A stretch of DNA of 63,504 bases, counting the filler, from Octopus bimaculoides (Eukaryota): assembly GCF_001194135.2 (NCBI RefSeq). It is 7 parts of 7 records of this genome, joined end to end, with 100 filler letters (N's around TTAATTAATTAA, not from the genome) between each part and the next. Parts side by side here need not be neighbours in the genome. Positions count along the whole stretch, not along the records: positions 61,324 to 63,504 come from NW_026388864.1; 6 more parts are not named here. One strand, written 5' to 3'. The translations under genes were made by a program, and so were the position numbers. Every line of letters begins with the position of its first letter. Within the stretch, counting starts at the first letter, position 1. Under the pieces are notes generated by a model, which searched no databases, was not told the origin of the DNA, and worked only from the letters and a program-made list of their open reading frames with translations. Shown here in pieces: positions 62,293 to 63,504 of this stretch.

Positions 62293-63504
62293 NNNNNNNN
62301 NNNNNNNNNNNNNNNNNNNNNNNNNNNNNNNNNNNNNNNNNNNNNNNNNNNNNNNNNNNNNNNNNNNNNNNNNNNNNNNNNNNNNNNNNNNNNNNNNNNN
62401 NNNNNNNNNNNNNNNNNNNNNNNNNNNNNNNNNNNNNNNNNNNNNNNNNNNNNNNNNNNNNNNNNNNNNNNNNNNNNNNNNNNNNNNNNNNNNNNNNNNN
62501 NNNNNNNNNNNNNNNNNNNNNNNNNNNNNNNNNNNNNNNNNNNNNNNNNNNNNNNNNNNNNNNNNNNNNNNNNNNNNNNNNNNNNNNNNNNNNNNNNNNN
62601 NNNNNNNNNNNNNNNNNNNNNNNNNNNNNNNNNNNNNNNNNNNNNNNNNNNNNNNNNNNNNNNNNNNNNNNNNNNNNNNNNNNNNNNNNNNNNNNNNNNN
62701 NNNNNNNNAAGCATTTCGCCCAGCATGCTAACGTTTCAGCCAGCTCATCGCCTTAGTTTGACAAAAAAAAGTCTATTAGAATAAGTGCCAAGCTTTACAT
62801 AAAATATAATAAGTAATGGGGTCAATAAATTCAGCTAAAAATTCTTCAAGGTGATGCCCCAGTATGGCCACAGTCTAATGACTGAAACAAGTAAAATAAA
62901 AGACAAAAGAAAAGATAAATACTGAAGAGAAAATAATACAAATATTCACCTTTTTTGAAAGCTTTCTTTTCAGAAATGGTTTGACCATTGCATATGTCCA
63001 GGTAAAATACCAAGGCTCATTAATTACATGTACACCTTGAAACCGAGCAGGAAATGATCCGAGTTAAAGAAAGAATAAAAATAATCAAATACAATTTAAG
63101 TTATTGAAAAACCAGAAAATATCCCTTGAGAACAAATGATACATTCAGCAAAAAATAGCATCATCAAAGTGCTTGATATAATCTTGCGAGAAAATTTCTA
63201 GAATCTTGTATATGCATGATTATATTTTGTTAGTAATACTATTGCACTTAGGAATATTCATGTGATTAAAAAGTATGCTTTAGAATCACGTTAGTTTTAT
63301 CCCACTGTGAACATCTAGGGACAAGTGTTTTCTACAAGATCCTCAAATTGATTGATATTTTATTAGAAGAATTTAGTGAATAGAAGTTGGTAATTCAGTC
63401 ATTTTTACATACTTACGTACATATACACACAGACATACATACAAACATACATACATACATACAAACATACATGTATGCAAGCATACATACATACATACAT
63501 ACAT

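Overview
This is AT-rich, gap-riddled draft eukaryotic DNA, almost entirely repeats. From memory, the tRNA-derived SINE families and microsatellite load look like an octopus (coleoid cephalopod) genome; this is an unverified inference. I find no intact host protein-coding gene, rRNA, tRNA gene or CRISPR array. Most of the long ORFs in the track are artefacts of simple repeats and N gaps. Positions 1-9385 are a CpG-periodic (TTCG/TACG)n satellite with higher-order landmarks and internal inversions. The rest is a mosaic of at least five SINE-like families, microsatellites and decayed transposons: an RTE-clade LINE 3' fragment, a mariner transposase remnant, two Helitron RepHel remnants, MITE/foldback elements, two candidate solo LTRs and Penelope-like terminal fragments. 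The most interesting signals are minimal hammerhead-ribozyme-like motifs sharing a CAG-variant core, two near-perfect foldback hairpins, an inverted repeat carrying octamer+CCAAT boxes, and the structured satellite. A few splice-flanked candidate micro-exons are listed only as low-confidence leads. I cannot claim a clearly novel multi-gene system here. Coordinates of decayed repeats are approximate (read by eye).
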